A DNA stretch of 64,000 nt from Candidatus Poribacteria bacterium. GTDB taxonomy: Bacteria; Poribacteria; WGA-4E; WGA-3G. The stretch is from NCBI GenBank assembly GCA_022822275.1, contig JAJEBZ010000095.1:14036-78035 (forward strand), read 5' to 3'. The position numbers and the translations under genes were made by a program. The notes under the pieces were generated by a model that did not search any database, was not told the DNA's origin, and saw nothing but the letters and a program-made list of their open reading frames with translations. This document shows, piece after piece, positions 36,192-45,125 of this stretch (position 1 is its first letter; the number at the start of each line of letters is the position of its first letter).

Positions 36192-38561
36192 CTAAATATC
36201 ATCCGTGTTTTGTGGTGGAAATAATTCAAGTTGTTTAGGTTCACTTGTCTTGTTCTTCTCAACTTTTGTCTGTTTTTGCGGGTCTTCCTTTTGTTTTTGC
36301 AGGGCTTGCAAAAGTAGCAGGAGTGCGGGGAATTCCTCAAGAGCATTTGCTGCATTTTGTTTTAACTCCTCATACTGCTTCCAACTATTGGCAAAATCAC
36401 CCTTATCAATATGTCTGTCCCAGAAATCTTCCGCATCCTTAAACGCGATATCCTCTAATGTTGAATTTTTAGGGAGTCGTCCAACATTTATTGTTGCAGC
36501 AGAACTCTCAAGAACAGCTGTAACGGGATCGTTATTAGAAAGTACCAGTTTCAGCCATAGGTTTTTCTGGTTAACTCTTTTTTTCGAACGTTTCAGTTCA
36601 TTGGTCACCTCTGTTAATAGTTTTTCACGTTCAAATAATGCTTTGGTGATATTCACTTGCACATTATCGTCAATCAGTATCCGAATTGCTGATTGAGTAT
36701 CTACGACAATAATGTGAGGAGTCGTTTTAAGTAGTGTATGCTTTCCAGCATGTCTAGCATCTTTTATAGCGGCCTCCATGGCAACTTCTATTGCCGGACA
36801 CACTTTTGTCTCAAATGGGTAGGTTTTCAAATTAACCTTTGAAAATAAAAGGTCAAGGTGCGGGAGCAAATTGCGAACACAATTATTGTTTTCATGAGTC
36901 AAAGCAATAGCACCAAGATATGGTAGTGGAAGGTGTTTATCTGGTACAATCTGCTGCCAAAGTTTCGCAATTACACGACGTGATATTTGCTGAAATAGCG
37001 TGAATTCCTGAGTGGTAACAGTAATACGGTTGAGTTCATTGCGAAAACGTCCGCCTATATCCAAAGGTGGTTGTTCAATTGCTTTCAATTCTTGATCATC
37101 TACAGCAAAGTGTGAAGCGGGAGCGAAAAAAGCAAAAGAACCGCGCAGTGATTTTCGAGTTTTGGATCCTGATCCTGGTGAGTTAATCACATATAAATGT
37201 GTTAATGGGGCAACATCTTCTTCAAAACCTATGAATTCCGTGTCAACAAACTTGCTTGAAAACAATCTTGTTTGAGCAGGAGGCAGTGTTGAAACAAAAG
37301 GTGTACCAGTCAAACGGCAGACTTTCTTATTTGGCGATTTTCTTATTTCAGAGAGCATTTCCGCAGGACGTTGGACAGCATCACTTAACGGGCGAAACAG
37401 ATCATTTTTAGGTGGGCGTTTGCCTAAGCGTCCGGGAACTTCACGCATTTCAATCTGGTTATCAAAAGCAGCTTTGAGATAATCAACACCATCTTTTTGT
37501 GTCAATACGTCAAAGTCCTGTTCAAGTCGATGACGGCTTCTATCAAGCGTCATTTCCTGAATCTCTTGAATCTTTTTAGGGAAGTCATCAGAATAGATTT
37601 GAGATTGCGGAACTGCAATTATTACTGTCCGATTGTCTTGATATACCACTAATAGTTCTGACAACGACACAGTGTTATCCAACATTTCATTCGGTAGCAG
37701 CGGTTTCCCTGTTAGATCTGCCGTAAATGTTGTCTCAAAAGATTCAGACTTGGATCCGGTAACAGGTGTGAGATGGCGCATGACAAAGGTTGTGCCATCC
37801 ATAACATGAAAATGTTTTCCAACTTTGTCCCAGATTTCAGAGTTCGTTGGCGGTGAGGAAAAAGTTATATTTGCCTTAGTATCAAATTTGAATTGGACTC
37901 GTTCAATTGGCACGCGTTCATCATCAATAAATGCCTGTTTTAATGCTTCGGCAACATCTTTTGTCACTACCTCAATAAAAGAATCAGCAATAACTGAGCG
38001 AGTTAACAAGGTAGGTAAAGCGGGTTGCATAGCAAGACTTAATTGAATATAATTTACTGTAGCACCGAGATTGACTTGGTCACTCTGATCTGAAAGTATA
38101 TTCGGTTCAAGGATTTGCAACCGCGGCAACCAATCTCCTGATGCATTTTTTACCCTAAAGTGATGTGTGCAGACTAAACCTTCGCGAATTCCTGTACGAT
38201 GGGCAAGGTTTTGTTCTGCCTGCTTAAAAACGCCGATTCCTGGAATATGATTCCAACGCAGTCCCCTTCCACCGTGATCCCAGTAGAAGGCAGGCTTGTA
38301 TAGATCATGCCAAAGCCACGCGACAAATTCCTCAACACTTGTTGAACCTACAAGTGCATTGAGCATAACATGGAGTGGAAGTGAGGCAAGATTAATGGTG
38401 TCGTGTGTGTCACCTGCTGAAGTTCTCGCTATAGGTCCAAAGTTGAATGATGGCACCCGAATGTTCCTTGTTAAATTTAATTGGTTGATAGTTGCGTTAA
38501 CAATTAGTTGTAAGAATATAGAACCAGTGTGATAATTCCGAATTATTTTAAAGTATACCAT
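36192..38561 (-). CDS. Large-subunit candidate of the Cascade-like module (Cas8/Csf1-like by position only).
   Basis: It is the first gene of the four-gene cluster and is followed 11 nt later by the small-subunit gene. I recognise no motif in its 789 aa. There is no Cas10 GGDD palm, no HD domain and no treble-clef zinc finger. Confidence 0.35.
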   Translation of the reverse strand: MVYFKIIRNYHTGSIFLQLIVNATINQLNLTRNIRVPSFNFGPIARTSAGDTHDTINLASLPLHVMLNALVGSTSVEEFVAWLWHDLYKPAFYWDHGGRGLRWNHIPGIGVFKQAEQNLAHRTGIREGLVCTHHFRVKNASGDWLPRLQILEPNILSDQSDQVNLGATVNYIQLSLAMQPALPTLLTRSVIADSFIEVVTKDVAEALKQAFIDDERVPIERVQFKFDTKANITFSSPPTNSEIWDKVGKHFHVMDGTTFVMRHLTPVTGSKSESFETTFTADLTGKPLLPNEMLDNTVSLSELLVVYQDNRTVIIAVPQSQIYSDDFPKKIQEIQEMTLDRSRHRLEQDFDVLTQKDGVDYLKAAFDNQIEMREVPGRLGKRPPKNDLFRPLSDAVQRPAEMLSEIRKSPNKKVCRLTGTPFVSTLPPAQTRLFSSKFVDTEFIGFEEDVAPLTHLYVINSPGSGSKTRKSLRGSFAFFAPASHFAVDDQELKAIEQPPLDIGGRFRNELNRITVTTQEFTLFQQISRRVIAKLWQQIVPDKHLPLPYLGAIALTHENNNCVRNLLPHLDLLFSKVNLKTYPFETKVCPAIEVAMEAAIKDARHAGKHTLLKTTPHIIVVDTQSAIRILIDDNVQVNITKALFEREKLLTEVTNELKRSKKRVNQKNLWLKLVLSNNDPVTAVLESSAATINVGRLPKNSTLEDIAFKDAEDFWDRHIDKGDFANSWKQYEELKQNAANALEEFPALLLLLQALQKQKEDPQKQTKVEKNKTSEPKQLELFPPQNTDDI

Positions 38562-38620
38562 CCCTGCAGCCTTTTTTCCACAAAAATCAGAAACTGTTCA
38601 TTTTACAACTGCACATAAAC

Positions 38621-39730
38621 TTACCCTGTCCTTACAAGAGACGTGAGTACCTCAATGAAACGTTCGTTCTGATTCGGTTTGCCGATGGTAACCCTGATTG
38701 CATTTGGGTATCCGTAATCTTTCATTTCTCGAACAATTATACCTTTTTTCATCATAGCTTCAGCCAGTTTTGCCCCAGATTGATTTACAAAAACCATGAT
38801 GAAGTTTCCTTCAGATTTTATATACCGTAACCCTAATTTGTCAAATGCGTTGTAAAGAAAGGATTTGCCTACTTCATTGAGTTCTTTACTTTTCTCAACA
38901 AAGTCAGTATCTTTAAGAGCTGCGCGTGCTGCTGCTTGCGCGACTGCGTTGCAGTTGAACGGTTGCCGAACAGCATTCATCGTGGAGATGATTGAGGCGG
39001 GGGCAATGCCATAACCAACACGCAATCCAGCGAGACCGTAGATTTTGGAAAAGGTACGTGTGATAATGAAGTTGCGTTCTTCCATCACATAAGGCAGTGT
39101 CTGTGGATAGTCGGGATGCGTGACATATTCGTAATACGCTTCGTCAAAGATGACTAAGACATTTTCTGGTACCATTGCCATGAATTGTGCAGTTTCAGGT
39201 GCGGTTACCATTGTGCCTGTCGGGTTATTTGGGTTAGCGATGAAGATAACTTTTGTTTTATCCGTGATGGCTGCTGCCATTGATGATAGATGGTGTGTGT
39301 CGTTTTGCATTGGCACGACAACGGGGGTAGCCCCCGTAATTTTTGCAACAAGACCATAGACGACAAATGCACCTTCCGAATAAATGACTTCGTCACCTGG
39401 ACCGAGGTAAGTATCACCAACGAGTGTCAACACTTCGTTAGAACCGTTAGTTAAGATCAGATGGTCTTCGGTTATGCCGAGATGTTTTGCTAAATCTGCC
39501 TTGAGATAATAGGCATTCCCATCGGGATAAAGGTTTATTTTTGTGGCAATCTCTTTCATTGCCAGTAAAGCTGATGGTGGAGCACCGAGTGGATTTTCGT
39601 TTGATGCCAATTTGATTATATTAGAGATACCGAGTTCGCGTTTGACCTCTTCAATCGGTTTTCCACCCTGATATGCCTTGATAGTTTCAATACCGGGTTT
39701 GGGGGTAAGTTTTTTCTTTGTTGTGTTCAC
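38621..39730 (-). CDS. hisC: Histidinol-phosphate aminotransferase.
   Basis: 'IKLASNENPLGAPPSAL' and 'YGLAGLRVGYGIA', together with the class-II aminotransferase PLP-Lys region 'FSKIYG', identify HisC. Confidence 0.85.
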   Translation of the reverse strand: MNTTKKKLTPKPGIETIKAYQGGKPIEEVKRELGISNIIKLASNENPLGAPPSALLAMKEIATKINLYPDGNAYYLKADLAKHLGITEDHLILTNGSNEVLTLVGDTYLGPGDEVIYSEGAFVVYGLVAKITGATPVVVPMQNDTHHLSSMAAAITDKTKVIFIANPNNPTGTMVTAPETAQFMAMVPENVLVIFDEAYYEYVTHPDYPQTLPYVMEERNFIITRTFSKIYGLAGLRVGYGIAPASIISTMNAVRQPFNCNAVAQAAARAALKDTDFVEKSKELNEVGKSFLYNAFDKLGLRYIKSEGNFIMVFVNQSGAKLAEAMMKKGIIVREMKDYGYPNAIRVTIGKPNQNERFIEVLTSLVRTG

Positions 39731-39859
39731 TGGTTACCTAATCTAATAGTTGTTATAAGATGTTGGATGATCAACGTTTGTATATCAGTGGATTTTCAAA
39801 TTTTACATAATTATTGTAGCATAGTTTCAGCATTTTTTCATTGTAAATTATATCGTGAA

Positions 39860-40103
39860 GGGTGTGTAAAGTTTTTGGCACTAAGTTTTTGTCACTATAA
39901 GTGTCAATTTAGGAATTTCATATTTCCTTTGCGTATGGAATCGTGGATTACGCGGAGTGCGCGGATAAGATGCCTGCCTGAGGGTATATAGGATCAGATA
40001 AGTGTTCTCTAAGCAGGACGATTAGATGCAGAGGTCTTCTCTGCGTCTTCCGTGAAATCCGAGAAATCCGTGATTCTGCCAAAAACTTTACATGCTCCAC
40101 CCT
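39860..40103 (-). repeat. MITE-like element, family A, copy 3 (reverse orientation).
   Basis: Its reverse complement aligns with copy 1, for example 'tctgcatctaatcgt(c/a)(c/t)tgcttagagaac' and 'gaaatatgaaattcctaaattgacacttat'. The termini are 'GGGTGTGTAAAGTTTTTG' and 'CAAAAACTTTACATGC'. Confidence 0.7.
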
Positions 40104-40208
40104 ACTTCTATTCTTGACAAGAGATTGTTGCAATGATAGGATATTGTTTGTTGAGAAGACATGTTTTTTTGATAAGAAAAAAGATTACATATTCATGGAA
40201 GGAAAATT

Positions 40209-40985
40209 ATGGCAAGAGTACCGATTGGTTTAGAGTTGTTTTCTGTACGGCATGAGTTGGCAGAGGATGCGCGCGGCACAATCAAAGCAGTAGCAGAAAT
40301 GGGGTACGAGGGTGTAGAATTCGCTGGGGCACCACAACACCCCGCAGAGGAGTTGAAGGGTTACCTTGACGAATTTGAATTGGTGTGTTGTGGATGGCAT
40401 ACACCTTTCAACCTTGTACAAGAGGATAAACTTGATGAGACGATAGAATTCAATAAAGTGCTTGAAAATCGTTATGTGATTGTGCCGGGTATCCCCGGAC
40501 AGCTTCGTCAATCTCGATCGGATTGGTTGAAGTTGGCAGATTTTTTCAATGAACTTGCGGATAAACTGGAACCGCACGGGATGGTGACAGGTTATCACAA
40601 TCACCACGCAGAGTTTTCCCCTATGGATGGCGAAATTCAGTGGGATACTTTCTTCGGCAATACGAATGACGGTGTAGTGATGCAGCTGGATATGGGGAAT
40701 GCCCTCTCTGGTGGTGCGGATCTGGTTGACATTCTGAAGCGATATCCCGGACGGGCTGACACGGTGCATCTCAAACCTTATACCCTATCGGAGGGTGAGG
40801 AGGATAGGCATAAAGGTTTTCGTCCGATTATTGGTGAGGATAGTGTGCCGTGGGCAGAGATTTTTGATGTCTGTGAAACGACTGGTGGCACACAGTGGTA
40901 TATCGTTGAATATGAAAGTGATGCCTTCCCGCCATTGGAAGCTGTAGAGCGGTGTTTGAAGGCACTGCAGGCGATGGGTAAATGA
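40209..40985 (+). CDS. Sugar-phosphate isomerase/epimerase (xylose-isomerase-like TIM barrel).
   Basis: 'GLELFSVRHEL...AEMGYEGVEFAG' is typical of AP-endonuclease-2/xylose-isomerase-like TIM-barrel proteins. Confidence 0.7.
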   Translation: MARVPIGLELFSVRHELAEDARGTIKAVAEMGYEGVEFAGAPQHPAEELKGYLDEFELVCCGWHTPFNLVQEDKLDETIEFNKVLENRYVIVPGIPGQLRQSRSDWLKLADFFNELADKLEPHGMVTGYHNHHAEFSPMDGEIQWDTFFGNTNDGVVMQLDMGNALSGGADLVDILKRYPGRADTVHLKPYTLSEGEEDRHKGFRPIIGEDSVPWAEIFDVCETTGGTQWYIVEYESDAFPPLEAVERCLKALQAMGK

Positions 40986-41422
40986 TTAAGTGAGATTGAT
41001 TATAAGTAGTAGACTCACGTTGTGTGCCTTAACAGATGTGTGGTATAGCGGAAACTGTTAGTTTGAGCAATACCACACAACTAATACCAACTTAACAGAA
41101 TTAATTTTATTTTTAGACGATGAATCACCGCTGAATGCGTGTAAGGTATTCGGCGGGTTCGCATACGCTCTATCCGACCTATAAACCAGATTGGATCGGT
41201 ATATTTTTGCTGTTCCTACCTACCAACATCTTATTAGTTTAACCAGAACTCGATTTTCTTAGGATAATGATGAAAAAAACAGATGAATTTCATTTTTTTT
41301 CCAAATTATGCACGTTTCCTACCCCAAATTTACGTCTTTAGATAATCAAATGATAAAAACAATCGTATCGTTTTAAACGATTTTCGTTCAATATCCGAAG
41401 AACTAACATTTGGAGGCAAAAG

Positions 41423-42727
41423 ATGATTAACAGAATTAAACATGCATTCGTAGTATTACTCGTTCTTGGCAATTTTTCTCTGGCACTTTCCGCACCACCA
41501 AAAGTAACCCGTTTTACGTTAAGTAACGGCATTAAGGTTGTCAATCTCTACGTTGAAGATTCCACAGATGTCATTATCTTGAGTTATTTACCCCTTGGAC
41601 TCGCCAATGATGGGAAAGCAAAGGCACAGTGGAGCCATCTGATTGAACACTTGATAATCCGAACCACAGGACCTATTGATTTCAAAACGAGTAGTGCAGA
41701 AACAATGGCAGATAACATGCGCTTGGAGTTTATCGGTAACACTGATAACTGGATGCAGGGCTTGGAACGACACGCAAAATGGCTTTCCGGATTATCATTT
41801 TCAGCAGAAAGTTTAGCTGAGGAGCTGCCGAGAGCTCTATCCGAGATTAAATTTACGGAAGCAAATTTGGGAACTCATAAGTGGGCTTTCGCAGCGTGGA
41901 ATCAAGTCTATCGGCATGGTGAAACCGATGTATCAATGCGTGGTGATGTTCAATCAGCAAAGTTAAGTGAACTACAAGAATATAGCAATCTACATTTAGT
42001 CCAAGCAGACCGCGTCCTTTTGTGTGTCATTGGCGGTGTTGATTCCAAAACGTTAAAAGGGACTATGGAAAAACAATTTGGCACTATCAAATTAACAGCG
42101 AAGACGTTTCCTAATCCAACAGCATCTCCAAACATGGCAAAAGACCAAAACGCCACTTGGGATGTCAATGTAACGCATTACATGGAAACCTACGCGATTC
42201 CTCGTCCTGAAAACGAAGACTATCCCGCATTGTATATAGCGAACATGCTCCTGAACTTAGTTTTCATGCAGGATACACAATTGAAGAAATTAACAGGGTA
42301 CGTTTTCTGTGGTGTTGACCTCATCACGCCCGAGCAGATATACTTATACGTCAGTGCCTCACTCAAGCCTGAAGTAGATATAGAAAAGGTTAAACAGCGG
42401 ATACGAGAGCTGGTGAACCCGTTGAAACAATCCGAAAATAACATACTGGTACCTATGTTTGCTCAATCTCTTTCAACAGAACTCAGCGCACCGCCGGATA
42501 TAACGATGGTAATGCAACAGATACCTGCAGGTGTGTCAACAGCCATAGCACTTGGTAACATTGGTCTGCGGTGGGGGATGCTTGAATATCAATATGGCGA
42601 TACTTTACCAAAGTTTGCAAACTTGCTTGCCAATGTCTCTCCAGCTGATGTTGCCGCTGTTGTCAAACGGTATTTAACCGAAGATAAGCGAATGACATTA
42701 GTTCTCACGCCGCGCGCGTTAAAGTGA
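41423..42727 (+). CDS. Secreted M16-family (insulinase/pitrilysin-like) peptidase.
   Basis: It has a signal peptide. 'AQWSHLIEHLIIRTTG' contains the inverted zinc-binding motif HxxEH, matching the M16 'GxAHxLEHMxFxGT' block. Confidence 0.6.
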   Translation: MINRIKHAFVVLLVLGNFSLALSAPPKVTRFTLSNGIKVVNLYVEDSTDVIILSYLPLGLANDGKAKAQWSHLIEHLIIRTTGPIDFKTSSAETMADNMRLEFIGNTDNWMQGLERHAKWLSGLSFSAESLAEELPRALSEIKFTEANLGTHKWAFAAWNQVYRHGETDVSMRGDVQSAKLSELQEYSNLHLVQADRVLLCVIGGVDSKTLKGTMEKQFGTIKLTAKTFPNPTASPNMAKDQNATWDVNVTHYMETYAIPRPENEDYPALYIANMLLNLVFMQDTQLKKLTGYVFCGVDLITPEQIYLYVSASLKPEVDIEKVKQRIRELVNPLKQSENNILVPMFAQSLSTELSAPPDITMVMQQIPAGVSTAIALGNIGLRWGMLEYQYGDTLPKFANLLANVSPADVAAVVKRYLTEDKRMTLVLTPRALK

Positions 42728-42782
42728 TATAAGAGTATTAGCAGAAATCCAGTCGTTGTGTGACTCATTACGGAGGATTCTG

Positions 42783-44975
42783 ATGGAAAAAGATGACGTT
42801 CAATTGATTCATAACATCTTGTCTGGCGACGATGAGGCGTTCGGTACCTTAGTTCAAAAATACCAAAAGAGTGTTCACGCCCTTGCATGGCGAAAGATCG
42901 GCGATTTTCATTATGCTGAAGAAATTACACAAGACACCTTCCTTCAGGCATATAGGAAACTTTCGACACTCAAGGATTACAATCAATTTGCTGGATGGCT
43001 ATATGTCATCGCCGATCGACTTTGCATTGATTGGATACGAAAGCGAAAACCAGTGTCGCAAGCGTTGGGAGACTCGTCTATGAAAGCGATAGATAAGTTA
43101 ACTTATGAACGTTATGTATTAGAACAACGTGAGATAGAAGCGACTGAATATCGCCAAGAAATCGTTAAGCGACTTCTGAAAAAACTACCAGAGAGCGAAC
43201 GCACAGTGGTGACGCTCTACTATCTCGGTGAAATGACGGCAAAAGAAATTGGCAAATTCTTGGGGGTGTCAGTGAACACTATTACGAGCCGACTCAAGCG
43301 AGCACGAGAACGTCTAAAAGCATCAGAAGAACTCTTGATTAACGATACACTTGGCGGTTTGCAATTGTCTACTAACCTAATGGAGAACATCATGCAGCAG
43401 GTTGCTGACATAGAACCGGTACCGTCTCCATCTGGAAAACCTTTTTTCCCATGGGTGGCTTTCAGTGCAGCCACGGTTTTGGTTATATTGCTGCTCGGTG
43501 TGAGTAATCAATATCTTACCAGATTTCAGAAACCGTATAGTTTTGAGGCACAGTCCGAACCCACTATTGAAATTATAGAGGCACTTACTATTCTTGATTC
43601 TGACGCAAAACCGGCTGTGCAAAGTCAAATTGGAAGGGTTGTCGATCTTGATAAAAGTAATAACAACGGATCACGGTCTTCTGAGGAAGCCTCACCACCT
43701 AATGCATCCGAGAACTTCCCTGTAATTACTGCCTCTAATGGTCCGCCTATAGTGACACGATTTACTTTAAGCAACGGTATCCGAGTTGTTAATCTCCATG
43801 TTGAAAACTCCAAGGATGTCGGTATTTTTAGCTATTTACCTCTTGGACTTGTCAATGATGGGAAAGCAAAGGCACAGTGGAGCAATCTAATTATGCGCCT
43901 ATCAGTCCGAACACCAGGACCCATTGACTACAACACAAGTAGTGCGGAGGCAATGGCTGATAATATGCGCTTGGAGTTTCGGGGGAATACGGATACATGG
44001 ACGCAGGGATTGGATCTCCATGCAAAATGGCTTTCTGGACTACCGTTCACAGCAGAAAGTCTCGCCAAAGCACTTCCGAATGCCTTGGCTGAGTTTGGCT
44101 ATCTTGAAAAGAACTTGGCAACGCATAAATTGGCACATGCAGCGTGGAATCAAGTTTTTCGGCATGGTGAAACCGATATAGTGATGCGCGAGGGCATTCG
44201 ATCGGTGCAACTGAGTCAGCTTCAGGAATATCGCGATCAGCATTTGGTCCAAGCAGGCCGCGTCCTTTTGTGTGTCATTGGTGGCGTTGATTCCGAAACG
44301 TTAAAAGATACTATGGAAAAACAACTGGGCACTATCAACTTACATGAGAAGACTCTTCCCCAGCCAACAGTGTCTCCAGATATAGCAAAAGACCAAACGG
44401 TTACTTGGGATATCAATGTAACGCATTATATAGAAGCCTACGCGATTCCTCGTCCTGAAAACGAAGACTATCCCGCACTCTATATCGCAAGTGTGCTTTT
44501 ACGGTTAGCATTCATACAGGATGTCCAATTAAAAAAAATAACAGGTCACGTTTACTGTGGGGTTGACCTCGTCACGCCTGAGCAAGTATACTTTTACATC
44601 AGTGCTTCACTCAAGCCAAACACAGATATAGAAAGAGTTAAGCAGCGGATGCGGCAGCTAATGAACCCCTTAAAGCAATCAGAGAACAACGCTCAGGTTT
44701 CTGTCCTTGCCCAGTCCCTCTCTACAGAACTCAGCGCGCCACCGGGTATGAAAACACTCATGCAGCAAAAACCGGAAAATATAACAGAGACTCACATGCT
44801 CCTCCAACTTGGAGTAAGTTGGGGCATAGTGGAATACCAATATGGTGAAACCATGCCACAACTTGCGAGTGCTTTTGCAGATGTCTCTGCAGATGATGTG
44901 GCAGATGTTGTCAAGAGGTATCTGACCAAAGATGAACGGATGACATTAGTTCTCACACCGCGGGCACATGAATAG
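42783..44975 (+). CDS. ECF sigma factor fused through a transmembrane helix to an extracytoplasmic pseudo-M16 domain.
   Basis: Residues 1-200 carry sigma70 region 2 ('WLYVIADRLCIDWIRKR') and region 4 ('LYYLGEMTAKEIGKFLGVSVNTITSRLKRARERL'). A transmembrane segment 'FPWVAFSAATVLVILLLGV' follows. The C-terminal 430 aa are paralogous to 41423..42727, but the HxxEH site reads 'SNLIMRL', so all three catalytic residues are substituted. The start at 42783 follows a GGAGG RBS. Confidence 0.65.
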   Translation: MEKDDVQLIHNILSGDDEAFGTLVQKYQKSVHALAWRKIGDFHYAEEITQDTFLQAYRKLSTLKDYNQFAGWLYVIADRLCIDWIRKRKPVSQALGDSSMKAIDKLTYERYVLEQREIEATEYRQEIVKRLLKKLPESERTVVTLYYLGEMTAKEIGKFLGVSVNTITSRLKRARERLKASEELLINDTLGGLQLSTNLMENIMQQVADIEPVPSPSGKPFFPWVAFSAATVLVILLLGVSNQYLTRFQKPYSFEAQSEPTIEIIEALTILDSDAKPAVQSQIGRVVDLDKSNNNGSRSSEEASPPNASENFPVITASNGPPIVTRFTLSNGIRVVNLHVENSKDVGIFSYLPLGLVNDGKAKAQWSNLIMRLSVRTPGPIDYNTSSAEAMADNMRLEFRGNTDTWTQGLDLHAKWLSGLPFTAESLAKALPNALAEFGYLEKNLATHKLAHAAWNQVFRHGETDIVMREGIRSVQLSQLQEYRDQHLVQAGRVLLCVIGGVDSETLKDTMEKQLGTINLHEKTLPQPTVSPDIAKDQTVTWDINVTHYIEAYAIPRPENEDYPALYIASVLLRLAFIQDVQLKKITGHVYCGVDLVTPEQVYFYISASLKPNTDIERVKQRMRQLMNPLKQSENNAQVSVLAQSLSTELSAPPGMKTLMQQKPENITETHMLLQLGVSWGIVEYQYGETMPQLASAFADVSADDVADVVKRYLTKDERMTLVLTPRAHE

Positions 44976-45125
44976 TTGGACTAAGGCTTTAAGCAGATGA
45001 TCGCTTTAAACAGTTCACTACCTGGGCGCGTTAGCTGCTATTCCTACAATTCTTTTAGTTTTTCCAATAGTTTTATGATCACTTTATGTAATTATTCTGC
45101 AATTGATAGCAGTAATGACAACCCA

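Noticed and set aside
36192-38561. The 789-aa first gene of the Cas-like module as a Cas10 (type III large subunit).
   Set aside because: I found no GGDD cyclase/palm motif, no HD nuclease motif and no CxxC...CxxC zinc finger. It is therefore left as an unassigned large subunit (Cas8/Csf1-like by position only).
41040-41400. Possible tRNA or small-RNA gene in the 440-bp spacer upstream of the M16 gene.
   Set aside because: There is no cloverleaf-compatible sequence and no conserved tRNA T-loop (GTTCGAATC-like) or anticodon-stem pattern. The region contains only a degenerate family-C MITE hairpin.
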